NCBI GenBank assembly: GCA_016906335.1
Contig: JADEYG010000004.1
Location: 1,426,001 to 1,490,000, forward strand
Origin: Novakomyces olei
Lineage: Eukaryota
Direction: 5' to 3'
DNA length: 64,000 nt
The notes beneath the pieces are model-generated. The model saw nothing but the letters and a program-made list of their open reading frames with translations, was not told the DNA's origin and ran no database searches. The translations under genes and the position numbers were made by a program. Every line of letters begins with the position of its first letter. Position 1 is the stretch's first letter. Below, piece after piece: positions 23,252 to 35,408 of the stretch.

Positions 23252-24199
23252 ATGAGTCAAGAGGACTTGAACGCGTTTCTGCAGACGCTGCAGGCGCAGA
23301 TCGCGTCGCTCCAAGAGGAGCGCGTTAAGGACAAATCGGTTATTGAAGGCCTTCGCCAGGAAATGGGATCCCGGGGATCTCGACGATCAGGAGTCAGCGA
23401 AGGGCCAAGCATTTCGAAGCCGGATACATTCAGAGGCGATCGCAGATCGGTGGATACTTTCCTTGCACAGGTTCGCTTATACGTGAGACTCAAGCCACAT
23501 GAGTTTCGCAACGACGAAGCGAAGGTCCTGTTTGCGGTATCTTATCTGCGCGGTGCCGCTTTTGCGTGGTTTGAACCCCACTTGCGCGACCACGATGAAA
23601 GCCTAATTACCAGTGACTTTGCCCTGTTTTGCGACGAGCTCTCCACGACATTTGGGAGCGTCGACCGCATTAGTCAGGCTGAGCGGGAGCTAGCATTGCT
23701 CAAACAGCGAGGATCTGTTGCTGAGTATACTTCGCGTTTTCAGCAGATCACTTCGCACTTGGATTTTAGCGATCACAGTTTACGCTACGAATATTATCAA
23801 GGATTGAAAGATCGAATTAAGGACGAATTATCTCGGTTGGAAAAATCGCGTACATTGTCAGACTTAATTGAGAAGTCTGTACGCGTGGACGAAAGGTTGT
23901 CGGATCGTTACTACGAAAGCGCTAGCCGTACGAACGCCAAGGGCGCTTCAGGCTATAGGGGCGCGACGATCGCGAACAAAGGATACACTCCCATGGAGGT
24001 AGATGCTACCAGTTACGAAAAGAAGAGCATTACCAGCGACGAACGCCAGCGTCGAAAGAAAGAGAACAGATGTTTTACGTGCGGACGCGAAGGTCATCGC
24101 GCACGTGATTGCAAACAGAAGCAACGCAATTATGAGCAACGCATCTCGGTGGTTATGGACAGTATCACGGAACCGGGAAAAGCGAGAGCCCAGGTCTAA
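23252..24199 (+). CDS. C gag
   Basis: KPDTFRGDR, PMEVD, CFTCGREGHRARDC. Confidence 0.93.
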   Translation: MSQEDLNAFLQTLQAQIASLQEERVKDKSVIEGLRQEMGSRGSRRSGVSEGPSISKPDTFRGDRRSVDTFLAQVRLYVRLKPHEFRNDEAKVLFAVSYLRGAAFAWFEPHLRDHDESLITSDFALFCDELSTTFGSVDRISQAERELALLKQRGSVAEYTSRFQQITSHLDFSDHSLRYEYYQGLKDRIKDELSRLEKSRTLSDLIEKSVRVDERLSDRYYESASRTNAKGASGYRGATIANKGYTPMEVDATSYEKKSITSDERQRRKKENRCFTCGREGHRARDCKQKQRNYEQRISVVMDSITEPGKARAQV

Positions 24200-27100
24200 A
24201 AGAAAGGCCTGATCTGGGCGTTAATGACACGAGGCTTTCGGAGGTGATGTCAGTGGTACCCGAACCTGACAGAGGAATACATCTCACAGTTACTGCAAAT
24301 TTGAGAACTAGCAAGGGCCAGCTGGACGCGAAGGCGCTGATCGACTCAGGCGCGACGTCGAATTTTATCAGCCAGAGCCTTGCTACGAGAAGCATAATCG
24401 ATATAACGAAGAAGGCGAAGATTGAGCCACTACGAGTTGTGGATGGAAGAGCGATTCGCACCGGAGGTGTTCGCTTCCAGACTGAAAACATGGAGGTCAC
24501 CATAGGCGAACATCGCGAGACTATGATGTTTAACGTGATACCGCTCTCTGGACACGACGTTATTTTAGGAAAGCCATGGCTCGACAAACATGAGCCAAGG
24601 ATTGCATGGAGACGTGCAAAAGTCGAATTCGAGTCTTCCTATTGCTTAGCAAACTGCCTCAAGAAGCCCGAGGCACAAGACGAACCATCGCAAATCAGTG
24701 CGACGGAATTTGCTAAGCTATCGCGAGGCAACGACTCGGGATTGCTGTGCGTATACGCGACCGACGCTAAAAGCGAGGACAAAAACGTCGCTATACCTCC
24801 CGAGTATGCAGACTTTCGCGATCTTTTTGAGAAAAGAAATGCAGACATTCTACCACAGCATCAGGCGTGGGATCACGCAATACCGTTGACAGAAGGCGCG
24901 AAGCCGCCGTTCGGGCCTATATATCCTCTGGCCGAACGCGAGCTACAAACACTACGCGACTACATTAAAGACAATCTAGCGAAGGGATTCATTAGGCCGT
25001 CTTCATCGCCCGCGGGGGCTCCAATTCTTTTTGTGAAAAAGAAGGACGGTTCGCTGAGACTGTGCGTAGATTATCGCGGGCTAAACGCGGTAACTGTCAA
25101 AAATCGCTATGCGCTGCCGCTCATATCGGAGCTATTGGATCGCATTCGTCAGTCGACGATATTTACGCGATTAGATCTCCGTGGCGCGTATAATCTTGTC
25201 CGTATACGCGAAGGCGACGAGTGGAAAACCGCCTTCCGTACGCGTTATGGACATTACGAATATCAGGTTATGCCTTTCGGGCTCACGAACGCCCCGGCAT
25301 CTTTCCAAGCTCTTGCGAACGACACATTACGCGATTGTCTGGATCGCTTTGCTGTTGTATACTTGGACGACATCTTGATCTATTCGGACACCGAGGAGGA
25401 GCATGTGACGCATGTTCGCGAAGTACTGAAACGACTTCGCAAAGCAAACTTATTTGTGAAACTAGAGAAATGCGAGTTCCACACAGACACGACAGAGTTC
25501 CTAGGCTTTGTTGTCTCTACGAAAGGAGTGTCTATGGAGAAAGCGAAAGTTGATTCTATTGAGACATGGCCTGAACCCAAGAACGCGAAAGACGTTATGT
25601 CGTTCTTAGGCCTATCAAATTACTATCGCAGATTTATTGCAAACTACAGCAAAATTACCATCCCTCTCACCCGCTTACTGAAGAAGGATGCGCAGTTTAA
25701 TTTCTCCAAGGAGTGCATTGACTCTTTCCAAACTCTGAAGAACGCTTTTCTGGGTGCGCCGATCCTTGCGCATTTCGACCCGCAGAAGCCAAGTTATTTG
25801 GAAACCGACGCATCGGACTTCGCGATCGGTGGGATTCTCTCGCAGAAAGACAACAGCGACGAAATGAGACCCATCGCGTTCTACTCGCGAAAAATGACTA
25901 GCGCGGAAGTAAACTATGATATCTACGACAAAGAGCTGTTAGCTATTGTCGCATGTCTTCGCGAATGGCGAGTTTACCTGGAGAGTCCGTTACATCGCAC
26001 TACAATTTATACGGATCACCGCAATCTCATGTACTTTCTTACAGCAAGAGTACTTAGCCGTAGACAGATGCGATGGTCGCAATTGATCGCTTCCTATGAT
26101 TTCGTTATTGAATACCGTGCTGGAAAGCTAAATCACAAAGCGGATGCCTTGTCTAGGCGAAGCGATTATGTCGGCGATAAGGAACAGGAGAAACCAGAGC
26201 GAACTATGGCACTATTGGACAGATCGCACTTCCTGTTCGCGACCGTAGAAGATACAGGCATTGATGATCAGATTAAACAATGTTACGGCAAAGACAAGAC
26301 TTGCAAGGTTGTCATGGAGGACCTCGGCAAGCAGCCAGTGTCGGAACATCTGCGAAACTACAGTATAAACGAAAAGGGTCTTCTAACGTTTTCGGGTTTG
26401 CTATACATCCCAAACGACAATCGTTTGCGATTAGCTATACTACAGACATGCCATGATTCGCATGTCGCGGGTCACCCTGGCCAGGCCAAAACGTTGGACT
26501 TAGTCATGCGAAACTACTATTGGCCACGCATGCGAAAAGAGATATTTAGCTACGTCGAGTCGTGCGATACTTGTGCGCGAAACAAGCCTTCGCGACATGC
26601 ACCGTATGGACTACTACACCCATGAGAGTACCAGCGAGACCCTGGGAAAGTATCTCAATGGACTTCATTGTGAAATTACCGGAGTCGCGCGATGCGATTA
26701 CACAAAAAACCTACGACTCCATATGGGTAATCACCTGTCGATTTACGAAAATCGGAATATTTATACCAATACGCGAATCTATTAAGGCTACTGAGCTAGC
26801 TTTGATTTACGCCCATCGCGTATTTGCCAACTATGGCCTACCAGACGAAATAGTCTCTGACAGGGGTTCGGTATTTGTATCGCAGTTTACACGACACTTG
26901 CTTTCGCAATGCGATATACAGCAGAAGTTGTCTACCGCGTACCACCCACAGAGCGACGGCCAAACAGAGAGGCTTAACCAGATCTTAGAGCAATATCTGA
27001 GGATCTACAGCAACTATCAGCAAAGCAATTGGGTCAATTTGTTACCTTTTGCTCAATTCGCGTACAACAATTCAGAGCAGTCGTCTACAAAGACAACACC

Positions 27101-27725
27101 GTTTTACGCTTTTTACGGCTACAACCCGAAATGTCGCTTTACGATTTCATCTTCGCGACAATGCCCATCCGCGGATGAACGTATCGAATACCTACGGAAT
27201 CTACATCGCTTATTGAAAGTCGAAATCGAAAAGTCTCTCAGCGACCAGGCGCGCTTTGCAAATGAGCATCGCGTCGACAAAAGTTTTGCTATTGGCGATC
27301 AAGTCTGGCTAGTGCGAAAAAATATTAGCACTACGCGGCCATGCGATAAGCTGGATGCCAAGAAGCTGGGACCGTTTAGGATTATCGCACGCGTTGGTTT
27401 GCGTGCATATCGCTTGGAACTATCGAAGGCAATGCGTATACATCCTGTCTTCCACGCTTCATTGCTAGAGCGACATAACGCAGTGTCGCAGATCGCGCGA
27501 GAACAGATCGCGCCACCACCTCCAGTTATATTGGATGCTAACCCGGAATGGGAAGTCGAGCAAGTTCTAGACTCGCGCATCCGACGCAAGCAACTTCAAT
27601 ATTATGTGCATTGGAAAGGCTACGACGCCTCCGACCGCACGTGGGAGCCTGCGAAACATTTACACAACTGCATGGATTTGGTAAACGAATTCCACCGTGC
27701 ACACCCGAACAAACCTGGTTCTTAA
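24175..27725 (+). CDS. C pol: protease, RT, RNase H, integrase, chromodomain (entered by -1 frameshift; 1-nt indel at ~26620)
   Basis: [38 protein letters not shown], chromodomain. Confidence 0.93.
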
Positions 27726-27952
27726 ATGGGAATGCTAAGCGAGCTCCCTATTCGGGCGACGACCTTCAACTTTCGTCACCCACGCGAAACTAAGACTCAA
27801 CTCTTAAAGTGATTTATTGATTTATTGATTATACCGCGATTATTATTGTTTAAATTATTACGAGAAAATTATACAAAAACATATTCAATTACTTGTCGAA
27901 CAAATAATATGGGACAACGCAAGGAGGAATGGCTGTTGAGTCACGCACACAA

Positions 27953-28408
27953 TTACGGACGAGCGGCACGGAGCGAAAGAATCTCGCGCTCCAACGCACG
28001 GTTGCGGCGCTCGAGGCGAGCGATAGTCGCATCGCGCTGGGCCAGCGCACTCGAAACCGAACCGACGATCGAATTTGTTGACGGAGGACCGTCATCGGCA
28101 ATTACATGCACCTCGAATGGTGCCTGACGTCTTTCCTCCTGCGCTCGCTGTCGCGCGCGACGTCTTTCGCGGCGACGCTGCAGCTCCTCGCGCTCTCTCA
28201 CACGCTGTTCTTCACGCGCGGCAACAAGGCGCTCGTTCTCCTCATTGTCATGAAGAAAACGGCCTCCTTCGCAACGGGTGCGACGTGCCGCGCAGACCAT
28301 ACAGCGACGCACAAACGGTGCAGTGCCGAGAACGAAGCGGCACGGCAAAGAGTTTGCCACGCAATACTCGCAGGGCACGATAGCATCTCTGACATGAACA
28401 AGCGACAT
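27953..28408 (-). CDS. Antisense accessory gene of C: Zn2Cys6-like cluster, Arg/Glu helix, C-terminal coiled coil (151 aa)
   Basis: CEYC-x6-C-x12-CMVC-x6-C; intact ORF; TATATAA upstream at ~28503-28509 (minus). Confidence 0.8.
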   Translation of the reverse strand: MSLVHVRDAIVPCEYCVANSLPCRFVLGTAPFVRRCMVCAARRTRCEGGRFLHDNEENERLVAAREEQRVREREELQRRRERRRARQRAQEERRQAPFEVHVIADDGPPSTNSIVGSVSSALAQRDATIARLERRNRALEREILSLRAARP

Positions 28409-28572
28409 GTTGTTGTTGATCCGGAACGCAGAGCGAAAATTCTTGTTTTGCATCCGCAAATTACTTTATATTACTTAGATAGTTTTATTGCCGAAAGCGC
28501 ACTTATATAGCAGTCTAGTAGCTAACGTGGTTTTCATAGGCGCGGAGACCTCGCCCTAGAAAGGGGGGATAG

Positions 28573-29277
28573 TGTCATGATCCCCGCCTCGCGTGAACCA
28601 CGACAGCGAACGACGCCTGAAGTCCTGTAGCGCCAAGGCGATGACTTCAGGCTAGATAGATCTAAATAGCTCGCGCGAGGTAATGTTGGACATTACTCGC
28701 GCGAAGCGCGTAAGTGGCCTAGCTCGCGAGCAGGTTGGACCTGGCTCGCGCGAAGCAGGTCCACGTCCATGCCCGCGCGACGTAGGCACGTCGCGGCGCA
28801 TGACAGTAGTAGTAGCGATCGCGCATCGCTACGAAGCTAGATAGATCGATCCATAGAGTTCATAGCTCGCCACCGCTTTCCCAATGCGGATGGTCTGGGA
28901 CCATCGCATTGAGATCGTGGTGGGATGAGGCTTAGGCCGCGAAGTGGCTAAGCGAGCCGCTAAGCCTCATAGGATAGTCTACATAGTCGCCCATGGAGAG
29001 AACTCTCTCCACGGGCTTATAATCTCAAAGTTGCTACATAACCTTGTAGCAGGTAAGCTTTAGAGAAGCGCCGTCGCCTTTTCAAGGACAACGTCCTTTT
29101 CCTTTTCCTTAGTTCTTGCGCCGGGCGCAAGTCTACGTTCCCGTTTCTCGGTACTCGCTTCGCGCGGTACCCGATTGAACTTCCTTTGTCGAGCGGTCTC
29201 GCAAAGGACAGTCCGTGTTCGCCTGTAGCGACACGCGAGTTTACACCGCGGTGCTCCCCTCTAAGGGCCACCTTACA
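28573..29277 (+). repeat. C 3' LTR
   Basis: Matches 22378-23082 apart from single-nt indels. Confidence 0.95.
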
Positions 29278-29282
29278 GTTAC

Positions 29283-31052
29283 CAAGTCAATTGTTTGACA
29301 GACAACAAAGCTCTGAGTCGCCTCCTTTACTCCAAAAATGTTATGCTTTCACGAAGACACCTTAGATGGATGGATTTTTTGAATGAGTTCGATATTAATA
29401 TTATTCATGTTCCTGGAACTGAAAATATCTTGGCTGATCTACTTTCAAGAACACACGGAAAAACAGCGGATATAGGTGCAATTTCCGTACAAATCTCGCC
29501 CCAGAATAATTTAAAATTTGAGCTGGCCTACGAAAAGGACAAACATTGGTCCAAAATACTCACTATTTTGAAAAATCCAGACAATTTTGCAGACAATGAA
29601 AGCGTAAAAATCAAATCGCGCTACTACATCCAAGACGGTATAATACATCTCAAATACGATGATAGAATCTGCCTACCGACAGATTTCACAAACATCATAA
29701 TAAGAGAATCACATGACACCTACCAAGGAGGGCATGGAGGCATAAAGAAAACAATAGCAGGCGTAGGCCGCAAATACTACTGGCCAGGGATGGCAAAAGA
29801 AATAAATGAATATGTCAGATCATGTGAAACGTGTGCTAAAAGCAAAATTATACCTCAAAAGCCAATGGGACTATTGCAAGAACTCGATATACCGAGTAAT
29901 CGTTGGCAAACAATAGGCATGGACTTCATCACTGGACTACCAGCTTCGGGAACTCAAAAGTTTGATGCTATAATTTGCATAGTTGATCGTCTAACCAAAA
30001 GAGCTCATTTCTGGCCCACGCACACAACTGTAACAGCACAAGGAACTGCACAGCTATTTTTGGAAAGATACTTCTGTCTACACGGCTTACCAACTGCAAT
30101 AATAAGTGACAGAGATGTAAGATTTATGTCTGAATTTTGGCAGACACTTACAAAAATTCTTCAAATCAAACTGAAGCCATCATCAAGCTATCACCCACAG
30201 TCCAACGGTCAAACCGAACGTACAAATCGTGTATTGGAAGACTATCTTCGTCTTTTCATTTATGCCAATAAAAACAACTTCAGCTGGCACACATTATTAT
30301 CGTTTGCCGAATTCTTTTACTCTTCAAGCCAACACTCCGCCATATCAATGACACCCTTTGAGGCGGATCTTGGCTCCATCCCACGCAGTCTTACTGACTT
30401 ATCAATGCCCGAAACACCGAACAAAGATACTTCCTTTTTTATAAACACTCTGGAGGCCAACAAAATTCTTTGTCAAGATGCTATCAGAACAGCACATGAT
30501 TTATCAAAAATCTATGCGGATGAAAAGCGACTAAATGTTGAATATAATGTTAATGACCTGGCTTATTTAAGCACAGGCAACATACGAGAAATACCGGAGC
30601 TATTCCACGATGTTCTCACACGAAAATTACAATCAAAATACATTGGTCCATTCAAAATTATTCAAAAAATCAGTCCTGTTTCATATGAATTGGAACTACC
30701 AACATCCATAAAATATCATCCCGTTGTTCACATTTCTCAATTAAAGAAACATCATCCAATGAACAGTCACAACACCAGAGAACAACCTAAGCCTAAAGCT
30801 CTGCGACGCTACAAAGACAACACAGAATTATATTTAATTAAACAAATCGTTGATCATGGATGGTTCAAAGGATCTAAAAAATCCAATACACCGAAACAGG
30901 GGTATAAGCTTTTATACCGAATCCGCTGGGAAGGCTATGGACCTGAAGACGATACATGGGAACCTAAATCTCACTTGGCTAACTCAACCAACCTGCTGAA
31001 CAACTACAATTCGACACATCTCGAATTAGTGGGGGAGGATGTTAGGCCATAG
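29283..31052 (+). CDS. B2 RNase H end, integrase, chromodomain (ORF runs through the PPT into the LTR)
   Basis: TDNKAL, CETC, SDRD, HPQSNGQTER, KYIGPF, YRIRWEGY...TWEP. Confidence 0.92.
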   Translation, partial: QVNCLTDNKALSRLLYSKNVMLSRRHLRWMDFLNEFDINIIHVPGTENILADLLSRTHGKTADIGAISVQISPQNNLKFELAYEKDKHWSKILTILKNPDNFADNESVKIKSRYYIQDGIIHLKYDDRICLPTDFTNIIIRESHDTYQGGHGGIKKTIAGVGRKYYWPGMAKEINEYVRSCETCAKSKIIPQKPMGLLQELDIPSNRWQTIGMDFITGLPASGTQKFDAIICIVDRLTKRAHFWPTHTTVTAQGTAQLFLERYFCLHGLPTAIISDRDVRFMSEFWQTLTKILQIKLKPSSSYHPQSNGQTERTNRVLEDYLRLFIYANKNNFSWHTLLSFAEFFYSSSQHSAISMTPFEADLGSIPRSLTDLSMPETPNKDTSFFINTLEANKILCQDAIRTAHDLSKIYADEKRLNVEYNVNDLAYLSTGNIREIPELFHDVLTRKLQSKYIGPFKIIQKISPVSYELELPTSIKYHPVVHISQLKKHHPMNSHNTREQPKPKALRRYKDNTELYLIKQIVDHGWFKGSKKSNTPKQGYKLLYRIRWEGYGPEDDTWEPKSHLANSTNLLNNYNSTHLELVGEDVRP

Positions 31053-31206
31053 TGTAGATAGTAAAATTAAAATTAAAAATGACATAATTAAATTAAATTA
31101 ATTCACTCCAAATACGGAATCTAACCGATTTGGAGGAATATTTAATTACTAATCATTAAATCAAGCCACTGATCGGGTATCTGTATCCTATCAATGATAA
31201 GGTGAT
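31040..31206 (+). repeat. B2 3' LTR, U3 part only (ends at GTGAT)
   Basis: Matches 3793-3959. Confidence 0.9.
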
Positions 31207-31531
31207 TGTTATAACTGTGGAAATTACTCACTGTTATAACTTTTAGATTAATTAAATCTACCCTTAAACTATGGAAAACCTTGTCCTTTTATAGACGTCA
31301 AGGCTCAGCTCTTATCTTCGTAATTTGCCAAGAGATAGGATTAAGACTTTCCTATCAATTAGTAATCACCTTATCATTGATAGGATACAGATACCCGATC
31401 AGTGGCTTGATTTAATGATTAGTAATTAAATATTCCTCCAAATCGGTTAGATTCCGTATTTGGAGTGAATTAATTTAATTTAATTATGTCATTTTTAATT
31501 TTAATTTTACTATCTACACTATGGCCTAACA
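31207..31531 (-). repeat. Complete B2-type LTR, inverted
   Basis: Reverse complement of 3793-4152 minus a 35-bp duplication; followed by TSD CCCTT. Confidence 0.9.
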
Positions 31532-31536
31532 CCCTT

Positions 31537-32155
31537 CAGACCCCTTGCTGAGGGTGGTTGCTCTGTCAATCATTTTAATTCGAATAGTTTAAAGGTCCAC
31601 ATTTGAGATACCAACTAGAGCTTTTATTCCTTGGTATTCTTGTGGTAGGCCGTTGACATAATTTAACATCTTATCTTCCTCGTCCATTATGGCGCCAGCC
31701 GATATCGCCTCCGTTTCGAGCTCGTCGACTTTATTCATGTATGAATAAATATCTTTAAAGTTTTCAAGTTTCAAAGAATCCAAGTTCCTCATTACTTCTC
31801 GCAAGTAAGTCTTTGAATTCCTCCCATAGAGCTGTTCGAGAAAATCCAGAACTTCAGTACCAGTATCGTGGTTTATGAAGCTAAAGATCAACTCGGGGGT
31901 AACAGACGACGCTATCATACTCAACAATTGATTTTCTTTTCTTTTGTATTCAAGTTGAGATTTTGCAGTATTATTTTCTTTGAGCTGCAAAATTGACGCG
32001 TCGTCCAGCTCCTTCGATCTCCTATGTATTTCGAAAATACTTTTCCATGTTCTATAATTATAGGGATTGAGAACAGGAAGTTTAATCAGCATTTCGTTAT
32101 TAAGAGAGTTCATAATTTCAAGCTTTGATTCTTTCTCTGAAGGCTCCAGGCTCAT
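31537..32155 (-). pseudogene. Ty1/Copia gag (in-frame stop at 31589)
   Basis: LNPYNYRTW...NGLPQEYQ gag signature; ATG lies inside the PBS. Confidence 0.85.
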
Positions 32156-32159
32156 AACC
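32149..32159 (-). promoter_or_regulatory. Copia primer-binding site GGTTATGAGCC
   Basis: Directly after the LTR end ...CCAACA; resembles the internal (half-tRNA) Met-type PBS of Copia elements. Confidence 0.7.
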
Positions 32160-32654
<495 letters not shown>

Positions 32655-32706
32655 CCAACATGCATTCATTGGTTCGAGTCGCGTTCCCACCTTGACAGCA
32701 GCGGTG

Positions 32707-35408
32707 ATGGCAGAACCTTTAAGGCCAGAGCCCGGTTCGTTCGAGATAAACGATGGAATTCGACGAATGCTGAACGATAATCCCTTTACACCGCATTTAT
32801 ATTACTTTTACGAAAATCTACGTCGGATTGACAAAGCAGGCTATAGAGACCCTTCAGGACAGTATAATGCTCTTTTGCTCCATGAAAAAGGTAACGATTG
32901 GGTCTCGTCGATTTTTCTTTATGCCTAACATCTATAGACTATTTTAGGCTGGCTGGAATCTTGCTTTGGCAGTTGAGTGCTGTAGCGGAGGATGTTCAAC
33001 CTGCTATAAGTGATTTAGTTATCGACATTGCCTCTGATATCCGGCTTTACTATCATGACATTGCCCCAGTCCTGACGGCTGCATTTAAACATGATAACGA
33101 CTTAGAGATTTGGGAGAAACTGAACGATGTTGTAGCGGAAAGCCAAAGGAAGGTCGAGCGATTAAGGCAAGCTCAAAGCCAAACGAAGGAAGAGCCACCA
33201 AAACAAGCTCCTGGCACGCCACTCAATATTAATTCTATTGCGTACAATTCTAGCGAACGATTAATAGAGGTCGAAGAGCAAATCAAAGCTGAACTTAAAT
33301 TTTTCTATATCAACTTTGAGGTGGAGGATATTTTGTCCACTCAGAAAAAATCGCTCAATAAACTATCGGCGAGAGTGGTTAAAGAGGCAAACCAAGAAAA
33401 CTTACTCTTCAAAAACGGTAAATTGAAGGATTGGCCCAAATCAGCGAAGGAGGCAGCGGTGCTAGATTGGCTCAAGAGTTTTGTAACGCAAATAAGCAAC
33501 ATTTACAAGCGAATTAAAGGCACAGAGGTGCGGCGAACTACAATGTCTGCGGCGAATAAACCTCTCCCTGGAAAGTTCGCACGCAAACCTGACATTTTCT
33601 TCATAAAGCGAAATGCTGATAAACAATGGAACAACGTCTTGGTTGTGGGAGAGCTAAAAAGCAGTCGTAAGGCCGATAGCCCTGCACAAGCATGGGTTGG
33701 CCTTGCAAAGTATATAAAGGAAATATTTCGAGCGCAGGATAACCGTCGATATGTTTTGGGATTTACGCTTTGCGACTCGTCGATGAGGGTGTGGAAATAT
33801 GATCGATGTGGGGCGATAGCATCAAAAGCATTCGACATCAACAAAGCAACAGGCCTGATAGTCTACGTGATGCTGTTTTTCCTTACGATGGGAGAGAAAG
33901 AGCTGGGTTACGATCCGACAATTGTCAGTAGAGAGAAAGATAGATATATCGATATTAAACTAGGGCGGACGCGTGAGCGACTTATAATTGACAAAGTGTT
34001 GAAGACTTCGAGCGGAATTGCGTGCAGAGGCACGACGGTATGGCTGGCGCACCGAGAAGGGGATAAGAGCGCAGTCAGAGTGATCAAAGACTCGTGGCAG
34101 GAGCCGGAGCGAAGGGAAGAAGGGGAGCTGCTTAAGCTAGCGGGTACTCGTGGTGTCGAGAATATTTCGCGATATTATCACCATGAGGTGGTTCACATTG
34201 ATGGCAAGGAAGACGATCTTATGAGCAATGTGCGGAATGGATTAGACATGACCGGAGCTCTAAAAAAGGCAATTCCGGATCTTGGAGCAAGATGGTCGAG
34301 AGGATCGACCGGATCGGGCACTTCAGCACTTGACATGCGGCGAAGCAGTACTCGGTCAGCGAAATCTCCATTATGGAATATAGAGGAGAATGCGGAGGAG
34401 AGGTCCGGAGAGTCGTCGCCAGCAAAGCAGATTGATTCTTTGGATGCGAAAATCAAAAACCGAGTCCATCGACGAGTCGTTGTGTTGGACTACGGGAAGC
34501 CATTGTACAAGGCAAGTTCACACATAGAGCTACTGAAAGGGATAATGGGATGTCTTGAGGGCCACCGGTCGCTTGTGAAGAATGATATTCTGCACCGGGA
34601 CATTTCGATCGGGAACTTGATGATGAATGAGGGGTCTGAAAATCCAGGGTCTCGGCGGGCATTTCTTATTGATCTTGAGTTTGCGATCAGGATCAGCCAA
34701 GCTGGTCTGTCAGGCGCGATGGAGAGAACAGGAACGAGGCCGTTTATGGCGATACCTTTACTAGACGGAAAAGATCATACCATGATGCACGACATTGAGT
34801 CGCACTTTTGGGTGGCTTACTGGATTTTGACTCACTATTTCCAAAATGGACAGCCTATTAATCAGAATTCTCCGTATGATGATTGGAACTATGCCAGTAT
34901 GTCAAAGGTCTCGGCGTATAAATCAAAAATCGTTGAGAATCCCGATATTTTTATGCGCGAAATGTCGGAAAATTTCACTAATGACCATAAGCCTTTGATG
35001 GGATGCATGGAAAAGCTTCGCATTGCATTGTTCATGAAAGATTCAAGAGGCGTACGTATCGAACAAGGTGAAGAATTGTATGACAAAATTCTCAATATAT
35101 TGAGCAGCGAAGTGGAGCGGCTGGAAAAGCTGCAACGAAAGGGGGTCCAAGGAGGCGGTGAACTCCAGGGAGGCCAGGTCAATCAGGTCAGCCAGGGAGG
35201 CCAGGAGGCAGGGAAGCCAGAAGGGCCACGGAGGTCACTGAGGTTACGAGATCCATGGGGACAGAGAGGCCACGAAGCCTATGGCAGCTATAAATTCCAG
35301 AGAGAATATGAAAATCGTAGAGACCATGGGAATCAGGGTGGTCAGGAGGACGAAGAAATTCATGAAGGCCAGGGAGTCCCGAAGAAAAAGGCAAGAAGGG
35401 TCAAGTAG
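32707..35408 (+). CDS. Fungal-type protein kinase (FunK1 / Pkinase_fungal); intron 32891-32937
   Basis: GELK, IKDSW, HRDISIGN, LIDLEFA, RTGTRPFMA, HDIES. GTAACG..CCTAAC..TAG intron restores the frame. Confidence 0.9.

Larger units (their letters stand above)
22378..29277 (+). mobile_element. Full-length Gypsy chromovirus 'C' (related to A) carrying an antisense Zn2Cys6 gene
   Basis: LTRs 22378-23082 and 28573-29277, TSD GTTAC (22373-22377; 29278-29282), PPT agaaaggggggatag ending 28572. Confidence 0.95.
3793..31206 (+). mobile_element. Gypsy chromovirus B2 (LTR-ORF0-gag/pol-LTR), interrupted by B3 (5979-20886) and C (22378-29277)
   Basis: 5' LTR 3793-4152. Coding pieces rejoin across TSDs GAGCG and GTTAC. 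PPT gggggagga 31031-31039, 3' LTR starts 31040. Confidence 0.9.

Noticed and set aside
8040-27793. Numerous short opposite-strand or alternate-frame ORFs overlapping gag/pol
   Set aside because: Shadow ORFs of real coding sequence with no independent support.
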